Shown: piece after piece, positions 51,601 through 63,600 of the stretch
How the letters are laid out: each line of letters starts with the position of its first letter
Position numbering within the stretch: the first letter of the stretch is position 1
Assembly: GCF_964355755.1 (NCBI RefSeq)
Contig: NC_092674.1
Coordinates: 6,758,001-6,822,000, forward strand
Source: Antedon mediterranea
Lineage: Eukaryota; Animalia; Echinodermata
Length of the DNA stretch: 64,000 bases
Direction of reading: 5' to 3'
Translations under genes and position numbers: made by a program
Notes under the pieces: model-generated
The model's input: only the letters and a program-made list of their open reading frames with translations
What the model was told of the DNA's origin: nothing
The model's database searches: none

Positions 51601-54600
51601 TGTTTTTGGAGGTGGTGGCCCATTTATGTCCAAATCATGGAGTGAAGAATCAGAGGGTAAAGTTTTTACCGATGAAAAACCACAAAATTTAGAGGATGAA
51701 ACTTCAGACAGTGATGTAAAGAAAACTGAAAAGCCTCAATCTAGATTAATTGCTCAGAAAATTGAATCACGTTTTTCCAAAATGCGTGCTAGTTCACCTG
51801 GACGATTACAAAGAGAAACCGAGGCATCAAATAGGCAGGCTGGAACTAGTAGTCCTGCCAGAGTCTTAAGTAGAGACTCTTCTCCATCTAGTAGGTCTGC
51901 ATCACTTGATGGTCATTTCAGCATTGGCACTGGTTCTGGCCCGTCATCTCCAAAAATGCAAGGATCTCCAAAAATGGTTCGAAAAGCAAGATCGCAATAT
52001 TCAAGAAGAGAACGTACATCATCACCATCTGGTAAAGATCGGTCCCCAGCTCGAACAAGAGGAGGAAAGAGAACTGAGATTAAAGATGTTGCAAGACCAG
52101 CAATAGCACCTTCTGTCGCTGAATGTGTAAGAACTGTATTTGCCGCTTTTCTTTGGCATGAGGGTATTGTTCATGATGCAATGGCGTGCGCATCATATCT
52201 TAAATTTAACCCTGGATTAACAAAACAGGCCGCCCAACGAGAACAGGACAAACAAGATAGTGGTAAAAACTCTAAAGTTAAAAATAGACATTCAATGGAT
52301 TTATCCAAAGCATTCCAAGATGGTTCATTCCTGGCAAATATGGGAACGGTTGAACCAACATCAAATAAAAATGAAATGTCATCGCAAGCTAAGGAAGGAA
52401 AAGCTGCTGATAAACCAGTCAAAATATCGGAAATAAGATCCAAGTCTTCAGATCACATATCCACTGCAGCTCGTTCTTTGGAGGAATCTCTCAAGTCTGC
52501 TGCAGCTTGGCAAAAAGACCGAATTCTTCTAGAAACCAAGGCATCTTTGTCTGATGATATAAGATCAAGGTCTTCCAGTGCTGGTCCGGAAGATCTTCAT
52601 AAAAGCACAAGCCTGGAAAGTGCACAGAGCAAAACAGATAAAAAGACTGCTGCTGAAACAGAATCGGCTCTGCCATTGACATTGCAATATCTTCTGAGTT
52701 TTTGGGAAGAGTTGACATCTGCAACTGTAAATGTTGCCTCTCAAAAACTGGTTCTCCCAAGTCCTGCTCCGATCACGAAATCCAAAGGTAGAGTTGAAAG
52801 ACGTGAAAGAGAGAAAGAAAAAGAGTCTAAAAGCAAGAAGAAAGAAAAGAAATCCATTAGAGGGGGAAGAGGGAACTTGTTTGGAGAAGCTGCTGGAATT
52901 CCTGCAGGTGGATCTGACCAAGATGCTATATGTGATCTCTGTCATGGATCATTTCCACATCCAGTGACCTATCATATGAAGCAGGCTCATCCAGGTTGTG
53001 GAAAGCATGCTGGAGGACAGGGATACAATAGTAGTGGGCACTACTGTGGTGGATGGGCTGGCAATTGTGGTGATGGTGGTATCGGTGGCAGCAGCTGGTA
53101 TCTCATGTGTGACAAATGCAAGGAAAAGTATGTAAAAGAAAGACAGGAGAAAGCAAAAGAAAAGATTAAAAAGCTAAAAGTCAAACCACTTCCACTTAAA
53201 ACACCAAAAGTTTTGCCACCTTTGGAGGCTCATAACGTCATGAAAGCAAACGCCATGTTCTTGTTGGACCTTGCCAGTTCTGCTGGTACATCTTTGGCTG
53301 GAGGGTTGAAATCCTTGAACCAATTGAAACGATTTGAGCTTCCCAGCGTCAGTGAAATTGATCCACCTTCTCTACAGCCTCAGTTCCCTCTTGTGCCTTT
53401 CAAGTTTCTAAACCTGATGGAAGGAAACCAGGTTGATCAAGACTCGCAAGACAGCGGTGGTAAGGCCTTTCACCTATCTGGTGAAGATGCCAAACCTTTG
53501 CTGGAAGCATTGTCAACTGAAGACCGACAACTAGGTAAAAATTGTTTTTTTATCTTAAAACAAATTAGAGGAAGAGTGGTTAATGGAGTAGACATAACTA
53601 AGGCTCTGTCTACACTATCAAACTTTAACAAAGCAAAATGTGATGTGTCCATATATGGACACGATGATGTCATATTAATACCATATTTGGGCATATCACT
53701 ACCATATTTATGCACATCACACTCTTTTGTCAAACTAGTTTGATAGTGTAGATAAAGCTTAAATACATTTTATCATATCTTGCAGGTAATGTTTCATTTG
53801 GACCACCGCAGCACTCTATTTCAACGAGCTCTTTGGCTGATCAAGACGCTCTACAACGTGTTATGTATGTACGATCCATTTCCATGACAACATCTGGAGA
53901 ACAATATGACGGCAAAAAAAAAGTTAGGCGACGCATTAACAGTGGAAATTCTTCAAGTAAGTAGAGTTAACAGGAACAGGATGTACACCTGATGTTTCTA
54001 ATCTGAATACAGTAAAATTATTAAGGGGGCACTTTCTCATAAAATAAATTAAAGGCAATATATGTTATGCAATATATAACACCACGGTCAACTCCTTTAA
54101 TCAGCAGATACTCCTATTAAGGGAAACTTTATTCTGTCTCTGATGATGTCCCCATGGGGACTTTAATTAATGCAGGCCCAGGAATGAATTACATCAACAA
54201 TATTCAAAGTTTAAATTAGGCTTCTATAAATTATTATACAGTAATAACTTTTGCTTTGTAGCATCTGAAAGCGGATCATCACTACTTCGTCGACCATCAG
54301 TGCTACTGGCTAAACTCGTGGACAACAGCCCGAGGAATTGTAGAGCACTGCATCGTCCAGTGATGACGTTCATTGCGCAACGACATGATCTTGAAGGACT
54401 TCGATTGGCTATGCGACAGGCTGTTAGAAAAGCAGCTTGCAGAGTGTATGCTCTACAGGTAGAATATATAAATATAGAGGAATGATATAAAACAGATTTT
54501 AAAATTGAAAACATAAAGCATTAATTTATAATCTTCATTGTTTCCCTTTATTTCTCTTATTTCCAGGCGTTTAACTGGCTTCTTCGTAGTGTGACCCAAC

Positions 54601-57600
54601 TAAATTGTTTGCATGACTTACTCTGGCACTTTGTTGTCGGCTTAGCTCCTGCTCCAACAGAAAAGGAGGAGGAAAGTGATGAGAAGGAGAAAAAGAAAGA
54701 AAAGAATGCTGCTAAGGAACCAGATCAGGTAAATATATTATATATGGCATCAGAAAAAAAAACTTCTTTCTTCTTTCTACGGTATTTAATAATTCAATTT
54801 GTTCATTTTTAGGAGAAAGATAACATAATGTGTGAACACCCATTGTCTGACATCATCATAGCCGGAGACGCTGTAAACCCACTTCCCACCGCATTCCACT
54901 CCCTTCTGCAGACAATCTCAGACATGATGATGCAGCTTCCAATTGGCAGTGCTCTCCAGCAGATGGCAATGAGGTGCTGGTGTCTGCGCTTTCAACCTGC
55001 AGATCATATGTTCTTGCATCATTCCCATGTTTTTAGTAATATTAATAAGATCCTATCGAAATCGGAAGGTGAGGTGGATGAGGGAGGAGCAGCAGTAAAT
55101 GGAACAGCTCTAGAAAAGAATCTGCAGGTACAATATTTGTTTCCATTACCTGTATTTCTCACTTCCCTCTGCTAAATGGAATGAATAACCATATCCTAAT
55201 GTTAAATTATAAGAAAGGTGTTTGATATAAATCATAATGGTTAAATTCTCATATTAGAACACAGTGGAGCTTCTTAAAGACCTAACCAGTCAAGTGGAGA
55301 TCCGTGTCTCTAGTAGAGCAGCGATGTGTTCGAGTTTGACAGATGGCGCTACAGAAACCTTTTGGGAGTCTGGAGATGAGGATAGGAACAAGACTAAATG
55401 GATCAGTCTTGCAATATCTAAAGGTCTTGTGGCACGAGGTGTCATGCTTCATATAGACAACTCAAGAGATCTGGCTGTAAGTTTAATTAAAATGCTTCTA
55501 AAAGTTAGATGAAAGTAAAAGAAAGGCAGATGTCCCAACTTGGAAAAGTGAAATATCAAAGGAATTATAAAAGCATTGCTAAACAAGAAAGGACACTATA
55601 AAAATTGAAAAGAAAAATGTAAATATAGTAATCTGCTTTTATGTTAAATAATGCATATGCCAGGTCCTTGGAAAATGTGTTGGAAAACCCGCCTTAGTTA
55701 ACAAACTAAGACCTGATAGAGAACCTAAATTCATACCTTATAAAGATTTTTTTTCATATCAAAAATAATCATAATCATATGAGGAGTCTCCCACAATTGT
55801 CGGGAGACTTCGGAAGTCTAGTAAAAAAGGGAAGTCTAGTCCTATATCTGTCTGTCTAGAATGGAATACAGTATTCATTAAACAAAACTAATTCTTTATA
55901 CTTTTATTCACTAGAACAAAGTAACCCAAGTGACATTTCAGGGTGGTAGCAACACGGAGGACCTTGTTACTCTACAAATAATAACCCTTGATCATCGTCA
56001 TTCAGGATGGATAGCATGTGACCTTATGGACCTTGATCATGCCTTTATTAAGGTCACTCTTAAAGGACCTGACAACCATGTCAGAGTTCGACAGGTCAAG
56101 TTCCTTGGTTACCAAGATGGATCTAGTATAAGTATAGGTAATCATCATCTGTTATTTGTTTTTAAATTTTTAAATTTTTATAGATATTGTAAGTATACAT
56201 AAGGCTTCAAAGTTGGAAGCTTATCATAGTTAACTTATTGGAAAATATCGCTAGGGCATCTATGGAGAGCCAATAACAATCCTGAAGATTTACTTTAAAA
56301 AATGTCTGTAGACTTTGAAGGTCTACATGGTATAAGCAAACATGTTTTGTCCTTTGTATTGAGTATTAATTAAATTAGACTTAAACTCTGTCTACACTAT
56401 CAAACTTTATGTGACAACAAAATGTCATGTGCCCATATATGGACACAATGATGTCGTATCACTACCATATTTGGGCACATCACACTTTTTTTGTCAAACT
56501 ATTATTATTATTATTAACTTTATTGCACAACGGCCAGTTTTATAGTGTAGACAGAGCTTTAGCCTAATTTAATATTTCGTCACTTTAGGGCAAGTGCCAG
56601 CGTTAGTTGCCCAACAGAAGAATTGTGAAGCAGAAACATTACGAGTCTTCCGGCTTCTGACCTCTCAAGTTTTTGGTAAATTACTAGCTGAAGACATGGC
56701 CAAAAATGGAAAAGGCAAAGAAAGAACCAAACAAGTAAGTATGCTGTACAAAATATTATTATCATTTTCTGGCTACTTATGGTCATGGTTATGGCATCAC
56801 AAAAAATAGCGACAAAAAAATGACATACAGTTACATTGTTAATGTTTCTTGTGTACAGGATAGTGGTGATCCCGACCTAAAGGAACACATGGTTGGTATC
56901 CTATTCAGCAACAGTAAGCTAACCAACCTGCAGAAACAAGTGTGTAGTCACATAGTACAAGCCATCCATAAAGAGACCACAAAGACTAGAGAAGAATGGG
57001 AGTTTAGCCTAACCAAGCAGGTAGAAGGTGGAGCACAGACAGAAGAGAAGCAAGTATCGTCTGCTGATGCTTACTGCTTTGAGTTGCTATCCATGGTGCT
57101 GGCTCTTAGTGGATCTAGTGTTGGCAGAGTGTATGTAGCTCAGAAGGCTAGCCTGGTGCAGGATCTTCTATCCTTGTTACACACTGGTTCGCCAAGAGTA
57201 CAGAGACAGGTATGTGAAAGAAATATTTAATAATTTTCATATATCGACCGCAGTCGACCATCTTCATCAATCAGACATCAGCATAGCTAGATTTCCAAGT
57301 TTTGCGGTCCTCCATGACACAAACAAGTTCAGATGTATTTCCTAAGCTGGTATCCTCAAAAAGGTGGAAAATTTAATTTACATGAACATTGCACACAATG
57401 TCTTGACAGTTTAAACAAATAACAATGCTGTACTGTTGTATAAGCCTGCCCCTAAAACATGAAGGAGGTTTGTTTTTACCCAACACTATCTTGCATATAT
57501 TTCAAGCTGGGCCTATACCCACATTAGTATGGAAAAAATATATAAGATTGTACACTTTCACTTCATGTCATTGTGTTAAATGCACGTTAATGGTATTTAC

Positions 57601-60600
57601 ATAGGTAACAGCCATTTTGCGTAAAGTTCTACCAGAAATAACACCCAATCGGTTTGCATCGGTCACTGGCTCAACACTACCGATAATGGACATCAACGTC
57701 ATCACAACATCTGCGGAAAAACCGAAAGTCATGGAGGAAGAGGAGACAATAGGTGTGCTTGAGGTGTTCTTAGCGGTCATCACTAAAGCACTGACTGTGC
57801 AGACAAAGATGAAGGCGGCAGGTAGCGGGAAAGTTGTACAGTCCATTACGCTGGCTTCTACCAAAATGTGAGTCGCATATCTGCAACATATTTTTGATGG
57901 TCATGTGGTGACATCCTTTTCATATGTATTATACTACAGTACCATGTTAATATGTGACCAAAATACTGCAGAGATAGAAATGGAAAATTCCTAAGGAGAG
58001 AAAAATTGCAACAGGAGATAATGTCTGAATTATTAACTTTATTTTGTTTTCTTGCTTTAGTAATGGAACAGACGAGGGCAGTAGCAGCAAACGATGGTGG
58101 ATCAGAGGCAGTATGTCACACAGCATTGCTGAAAGTATCATTGTCCTTATCAAAGACATTGCCATGGTGAGAGCGTTTGTTGATATTCAATTTAATAGGA
58201 CAATATACATGTTAAACTCAGTACGCAGGAAAACATGCATCCAGAGAACATATTTTTACAACATGCATGTAAACAAAAACACAATATTATATGCTACTCA
58301 ATACACTTTTAAACATAAGATAATGATATTTTTTATTTCATATAAGTTAATTGATGGCTTATTTTATTATTCTTATAGGGGAAGCTTGGAGACCTTTGGG
58401 CTAGTGTTTGCAAGGCAGCCGTTGCCGAGGCTCTACTTGCCCTCACAAGAATAGAAGAGTCCAAACGCGTTCCTGCTGAATGCCTACAGACACATACAGT
58501 AAATATACTGCTTTATCTAATAACTATTTAATTATTGCGGTATAAATTAAAAGCAGCAGAAGTTGAAAGCATTGTACTTACATGATATAAAAATATTTAA
58601 AAGTATAAAAACTAAATTTGGGCAGCACACAAAAATCAAAACACAATACAATGTTATAGCTATAAAAAACATATAAAAATGCCATTAAAATTACAAATAC
58701 CGGTAAATGTGAGATATATTTCACATAAAGGTTTGTTAATGTAGAATATACAACATATATGTACCTCATTCATGAACTTAAGTACTATGATTCTTGTTTA
58801 TATATATATATTTTTATCTACACAGCTATGGTTGTCATTGGCTAGTCTTTGTGTTCTAGAACAAGAGCATGTAGAGAGGTTGTCTTCAAGTGAATTAAGC
58901 AAAAAAGATGGGCAGGCTGCCAAACACAAGGTAATATATTATATATATCAGTTTAGGAAAATTAGACATAATATTAATCCAGCTCAAGGATGTCAGGAAT
59001 TTGGAGAATTGAACGTACTTTGCTTGCTGTTCAGCTCTTTTTACAATATCAAACTTTATGTAACAAAAAAATTTGATGTGCCCATATATGGACATGATGA
59101 CATCATATCACTACCATATTTGGGCACATAACACTTTTTTTTGTCGAACTAGTGATAGGGTAGACAGAGCTTTAACGTCATTGAAATTGTTATTTATTGA
59201 TTATTCCATTTCACAGCCATTGTGTGTGAATCATGATGATGGTGAAACACCAGCCATCGTAAGCTGTAACCAATGTGGTAACCTATGTGCTGACTGTGAT
59301 AAGTTTCTACATCTTCACAACAGAACAAGATCACATCAAAGACAGGTATGTTAATATAGTAACCCTATAGTTTAACACAAAAACACTGATGTGCCTAAAT
59401 ATGTTAGTGATATGCCCAAATATGGTAGTGATATGACATCATCATGTCCATATTATGTGTAACCAATGTGGTAACCTATGTTCTGACTGTGATAAGTTTC
59501 TACATCTTCATAACAGAACAAGATCACATCAAAGACAGGTATGTTAATATAGTAACCCTATAGTTTAACAAAAAATTCTGTGATGTGCCTAAATATGTTA
59601 GTGATATGCCCAAATATGGTAGTGATATGACATCATCATGTCCATATTATGTGTAACCAATGTGGTAACCTATGTGCTGACTGTGATAAGTTTCTACATC
59701 TTCACAACAGAACAAGATCACATCAAAGACACGTATGTTGATATTGTAACCCTATAGTTTAACAAAAAATTCTGTGATGTGCCTAAATATGTTAGTGATA
59801 TGCCCAAATATGGTAGTGATATGACATCATCATGTCCATATAATGTGTAACCAATGTTGTAACCTATGTGCTGACTGTGATAAGTTTCAACATCTTCACA
59901 ACAGAACAAGATCACATCAAAGACACGTATGTTGATATTGTAACCCTATAGTTTAACAAAAAATTCTGTGATATGCCCAAATATGGTAGTGATATGACAT
60001 CATCATGTCCATATATGGGCACATAAAGTTTGTGTAGACAGAGCTTAAGTGAATGTCTCTCGACTATCGAGGGCGTTCACAGAGAGACCTTGTTGGTTGG
60101 GGAAGAGAGATTCATGTTGTGGAGTCAGGTGGTTTTTATGTTGGAACAACCCAATAAAGTGTTGTATTTTTATCTACTGGATGACAAGTCTCTATATTTT
60201 ATAACTTCCACTATACAACCAAATGTTACAATATCATTTTTTTGTTTCTCAAAACCAACTCACCAACATTTAAAGAAATTCATTAGCCTGCAACTTAGCT
60301 AATTTGTTAAATTTTTTTCAATTGGCTTATGAAAAGTTTCTTGCGCAATGGCTTAGAGCCTTATTACTAGACTAGGTCTTGAGCTCTGTCTACACTATCA
60401 AACTAGTTCGAACAAAAACAGTGTAATGTTCCCAAATATGGTAGTGATATGACATAATCATGTCCATATATGGGCACATCACATTTGTTGGTCACATAAA
60501 GTTTGGTAGTGTAGACAGAGCTTCAGAATTGTATGTAACAAATGAATAAAGTTTGTTACATGTCTGTTTTTAAGGTATTTAAGGAAGAAGAGGAGGCGAT

Positions 60601-63600
60601 CAGGGTTGACCTTCATGAGGGGTGTGGAAGAAGCAAACTGTTCTGGGTCATGATCTTAGCAGACTCTAAAACGTTAAAGGCAATGATAGACTTCAAAGAA
60701 GCAGGTAAAAATGTTTTTTTTTTTTCAGGAAGGCTTCATAAAAATGTAATGTAAAGCGACATTTATATAGCGCTATTTCATGAAGATCAGAGCGCTGTGG
60801 ACTTAGATGTTACACCTTCTCAACAACATTCCATTTATATAGCGCTATTTCATGAAGATCAGCGCGCTGTGGACTTGGATGTTACCTTTTCAACAACATT
60901 CTTCTCCCCTAAGGGTCACATCGTGTCATCGGCAGCCAAGTACGACAGTGTGTGCATGTGTGTGTGAACTAATACACTGGGGCAACCCCCTACTCGTCTC
61001 GAAAGATGTACTAGGTTCTTTAAAGTGCACACGAGCAATATGCATACACTGGACCTACGGTTTATAGTCCTTATCCGAGAAGACTTGTTCTACCACCAGA
61101 ACCATGGAGCTAGTGAGCCTCGAACCCTTGCCGATGTTATGGCTATGAATTACGGTTCCACTGTCTTAACCGCTCGGCCACTCACTCACTCAAGCGTATT
61201 TAATGTCACTCAATTATATTTTCCATAAAATCTCTTTGTTTTAGACTGTTTGTGTAACTGTTATACTTGGTCTTATGGTATTTAGTATCAACATGCATAA
61301 TGTATTTGAGGTGTTACGTAGCGGTAGACGTTACCGGTCCATCGTCTCTCGTACAAATATGTTTTGTAGCAGCTTTTATCCAGCTGCCATTATGGCACTG
61401 AATGCTTGTCAGTATACCGTACAAGATTGATGAGCAAACATAATTTGAATATTTTATATTTAAATGACAATAAATGGAAATAATTTTCTACTGATAAATG
61501 AATGAATGAACTACATGTGTTTGCAGCAAATAAATATTAAATATAGCAAGTACTTTAGTAGATTATTGATATGTTTTAAAATAAAAAATAAATCTTTCTA
61601 TTTACACTGAAGGAAGTACGAGTAACAGTCATGGTTCTTCGGGTCGAGGGTCATGTAGGTTTTGTGGAGGTAATGCATCAGGTTTGACTGCTAGTGCAGT
61701 ATGTGAGGATTGTCAGGTAAGAAAAAGTGGCAGAACAGACTGTATATTTAGATATTTAAACTGTATGAAAATGTCAACAAATAAAATTACAATCATCCTC
61801 TATCCTTAGTGCCGTAATGTCTATGAGTGCTCACTGGCTAAACCCAGGTGCCTAATGAGCCCATGATCAGGGCCTAGTGGAAAAAGAGAATACCCTATTA
61901 ACGAATGGCCTCCGATCTCTGCGATTCGCCACTGATTATCATCATCATTACCACATTCAAACTGTTTTCTTTGTACTACTTTATATTGCAAAATTACAAA
62001 TTTGATGCATATATATTATCAGGAGTATGCGGAGACTGCATGTACTAAGGTACTACAATGTGAACACATCTGTGGTGGTCTGAAAGGCGAGGAAAAGCAT
62101 CTTCCTTGCCTACAGGGGTGCAGTAATGACCCTACTTTAAAGCAAGACTCTGATGATATGTGCATGATATGTTTCACTGAGGCTCTATGCTGTGCACCGG
62201 CTATCCAGGTCAGTTTTAGCAAATACATAGTACTGCAATTTGAATTGCCTAAAATCAATGATTTGTTTTGTCTAAGTTTAGTTACCTTTATAAAAATAAT
62301 GGTAGTCTTATATAGCTCCTAATACAATGTTACTAAGCGCTTTACACAAAAATGATCATATCATAATATCATATCCTAAGATAAGCAAAACAATGAAGAA
62401 GAGACAGAGGAACCATTTACACCGCTCTGTTCTCCAGCCATAGAACCTGCCATTTGGGAGCTTGCCGGAATAGAATTCACAGGAGATCAAGTGAAAAAGG
62501 CATACCCTACTAAAATAAAAAGTGAAAAGATGCTTAAAGCTCTGTCTACACTATCAAACTTTATGTGACAAAAAAATGTGACGTGCCCATATATGGGCAT
62601 GATGATGTCATATCACTATCATATTTGAGCATATAACTACCATATTTGGGCACATCCCACTTTTTTTTGTCATAGTTTGATAGTGTAAACAGAGCTTTAA
62701 AATATCGATTGATGTTGCTTCTTTAATGTGTGATACCTTATTGTTTAAATACTTAGTAAATTTATACAACTTTGTTTTATTTGTACATAGCTTGTGTGTG
62801 GTCACGTTTTCCACTATCATTGCTGTTTATGTGTGCTTGAAAAGAGGTGGGTTGGACCGCGAATCACCTTCGGATTCGTCTTATGCCCAATTTGTAAGGT
62901 ATGTACTCAAATAATTCATTCATTGTGCTTTCTGCAAGTTTAACTTATTTATTTGTTTGTTTGTTTGTTTTATCTTTATACTGGGTGACCTCTTCAGTCA
63001 AAGACTGATCTCCCAGAGGGCCCAGTTGGTGATCAGTGGCTGTGATGTACTAATACACCGGGGTAACCCCCTACTTGTCTGGAAAGATGTACTAGGTTCT
63101 TTAAAGTGCACACGAGCAAGTTATGTACACTGGACCTACGGTTTATAGTCCTTATCCGAGAAGACTCATTCTACCACCAGAACCATGGAGTGAGTGAGCC
63201 TCGAACCCCTGCCGATGTTATGGCTACGTGATTACGGTTCCACTGTCTTAACCGCTCGGCCACTCACTCCCTAAGATGTTCAAAATGTTCAATGGATTTC
63301 TTTACAGCTCCCTAATGTTTGTATTGTGTTATATGGAACTGTGTTTTTGTGATTTACGTTAATCAACTTCCAAACCTATATTGCTTTATAATATGTTTCA
63401 AAAATCAAGTTTTCCACTGGCAATGTGTCGTATATAAACCTCCTTTGTCTGGAGAGAAATTTTGATTTATAAATATTTGTACTGTATAACCATTTTTCAG
63501 GTTGACATAGAAAACAAAATGTTAGAATCTATACTAGAACCAATCAAATCCCTGAAGCAAGATGTGAAGCGGAAAGCCCTGATGCGATTGGAGTATGAAG

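Noticed and set aside
51545-53743. 732-aa ORF as a standalone gene
   Set aside because: It is the large internal MYCBP2 exon (51570-53534) with read-through into intron and MITE sequence
57430-57558. Possible H/ACA RNA (ACACTA ... ACA)
   Set aside because: AT-rich weak stems, H box overlaps the stem, no pocket at the canonical distance
61808-61935. Hammerhead-like CTAATGAG..GAAA
   Set aside because: Core mismatched and GAAA not adjacent to stem II; the ends resemble the small TIR element at ~40787-40927
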